64,000 nucleotides of DNA from PVC group bacterium (GTDB lineage: Bacteria > Verrucomicrobiota > Kiritimatiellia > CAIKKV01 > CAITUY01): the NCBI GenBank assembly GCA_945890715.1, contig CAMDCX010000004.1, positions 6,157 through 70,156 on the forward strand, read 5' to 3'. The notes under the pieces are model-generated. The model searched no databases and was not told the DNA's origin. It worked only from the letters and a program-made list of their open reading frames with translations. Below, piece after piece: positions 63,479 through 64,000 of this stretch. Every line of letters starts with the position of its first letter. Position 1 is the stretch's first letter. The translations under genes and the position numbers were made by a program.

Positions 63479-63904
63479 CTATTTCGAGCCTTGCTTCTTG
63501 ACGCAGACGGCCAGCTTTGTTGCCCCGATCCGTTTTGCGGTATCCATCACAGTCACCACATGCTGGAACGGCACATCTTTGTCGGCCTCCACAATAACGG
63601 GCTGATGCTCTGGATCGGTCAGTAGCTGACGAAGCCGGCCTTCCAGCAAATCAGGCGCCACGGGCATCCCGCTCAGATAGGCTGTTCCCATCCGGTCCAC
63701 TTGCACCGTGAGCGTCTGCTTCCGGGGTTGGTCAGGCTCGACTTTTTTAATCGCGGGCAAATTGATCTTGAGTTGCGACTGCACCAGAAGGGGAGTCATG
63801 ATCATGAAAATCAGCAACAACACCAGCACCACATCAATGAACGGGATCATGTTGATCTCGGCCATGATGCGGTGTTTTCCAAGCACCTTGGCGGGGGCCT
63901 TCAT
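63479..63904 (-). CDS. exbD: Biopolymer transport protein ExbD/TolR
   Basis: ATG 63904. 'INMIPFIDVVLVLLLIFMIMTP' followed by a periplasmic domain 'VIVEADKDVPFQHVVTVMDTAKRIG'. Confidence 0.82.
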   Translation of the reverse strand: MKAPAKVLGKHRIMAEINMIPFIDVVLVLLLIFMIMTPLLVQSQLKINLPAIKKVEPDQPRKQTLTVQVDRMGTAYLSGMPVAPDLLEGRLRQLLTDPEHQPVIVEADKDVPFQHVVTVMDTAKRIGATKLAVCVKKQGSK

Positions 63905-64000
63905 GCCGCAGCGCCCTCGTCCTTGCACACCGTCTCAACCAGATCATAGACCGAAAGCTCGACATCGGTCATGAGCACCTCGGACATATGAATGCAATAG
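63901..64000 (-). CDS. 3' end of a probable ExbB/TolQ/MotA-family gene (partial, runs off the window)
   Basis: The minus-strand frame reads '..IHMSEVLMTDVELSVYDLVETVCKDEGAAA*'. Its TGA overlaps the exbD ATG (ATGA at 63901-63904). The call rests on position and a weak resemblance to ExbB C-termini. Confidence 0.35.
   Translation of the reverse strand, partial: YCIHMSEVLMTDVELSVYDLVETVCKDEGAAA

Noticed and set aside
1-64000. A window-wide look for CRISPR arrays, tRNA/rRNA genes, IS elements, integrases and prophage genes.
   Set aside because: I found no regularly spaced direct repeats, no cloverleaf-capable intergenic segments of suitable length, and no transposase or integrase-like ORFs. The scan was by eye only, so small or degenerate elements could have been missed.

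Overview
64-kb chromosomal segment from a moderately GC-rich diderm bacterium; the taxon cannot be assigned from sequence alone. I call about 58 protein-coding genes plus a few repeats and regulatory sites. By eye I found no rRNA, tRNA, CRISPR array, transposase or integrase. Gene order: (1) a Pho-regulon neighbourhood (pstS, porin, phoR/phoB-like, DUF47-PiT) interrupted by an NTase-fold two-gene module and a vapBC pair. (2) MATE, trmJ-like, Lrp plus aminotransferase, and a Zn-ribbon-EIIA fusion. (3) A visibly AT-richer type I R-M island, hsdM-hsdS-[RHH-GNAT-small ORF]-hsdR. (4) A secreted glycosidase-like protein and a tightly packed six-gene envelope operon of unknown function, followed by two hypothetical genes. 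(5) A HEAT/Zn-ribbon/PD-(D/E)xK gene bracketed by 21-bp inverted repeats. (6) Spermidine (carboxyspermidine route) and lysine genes (nspC, CASDH, ODC, lysA, dapA) and an RluA-family gene. (7) A ~15-kb locus: B12-rSAM, LpxC-like deacetylase, B12-rSAM, then a sigma-54-promoted FadL-like/REC-HK/O-methyltransferase operon, divergent from an ATGA-chained operon of an atypical ketosynthase, two histidine kinases and an NtrC-type activator. (8) A REC-GAF-GGDEF-REC-HD-GYP protein, clpB, TPR, a tandem cytidylyltransferase, UDG, pssA-psd, a secreted protein and exbBD. The best candidates for new biology are the sigma-54-wired rSAM/LpxC-like/OMT/FadL/KS locus (37.6-52.7 kb), the RHH-GNAT cassette embedded in the type I R-M operon, the IR-bracketed HEAT-nuclease gene, and the six-gene envelope operon at 23.3-28.2 kb. 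All functional calls rest on motif recognition by eye; no database searches were run.
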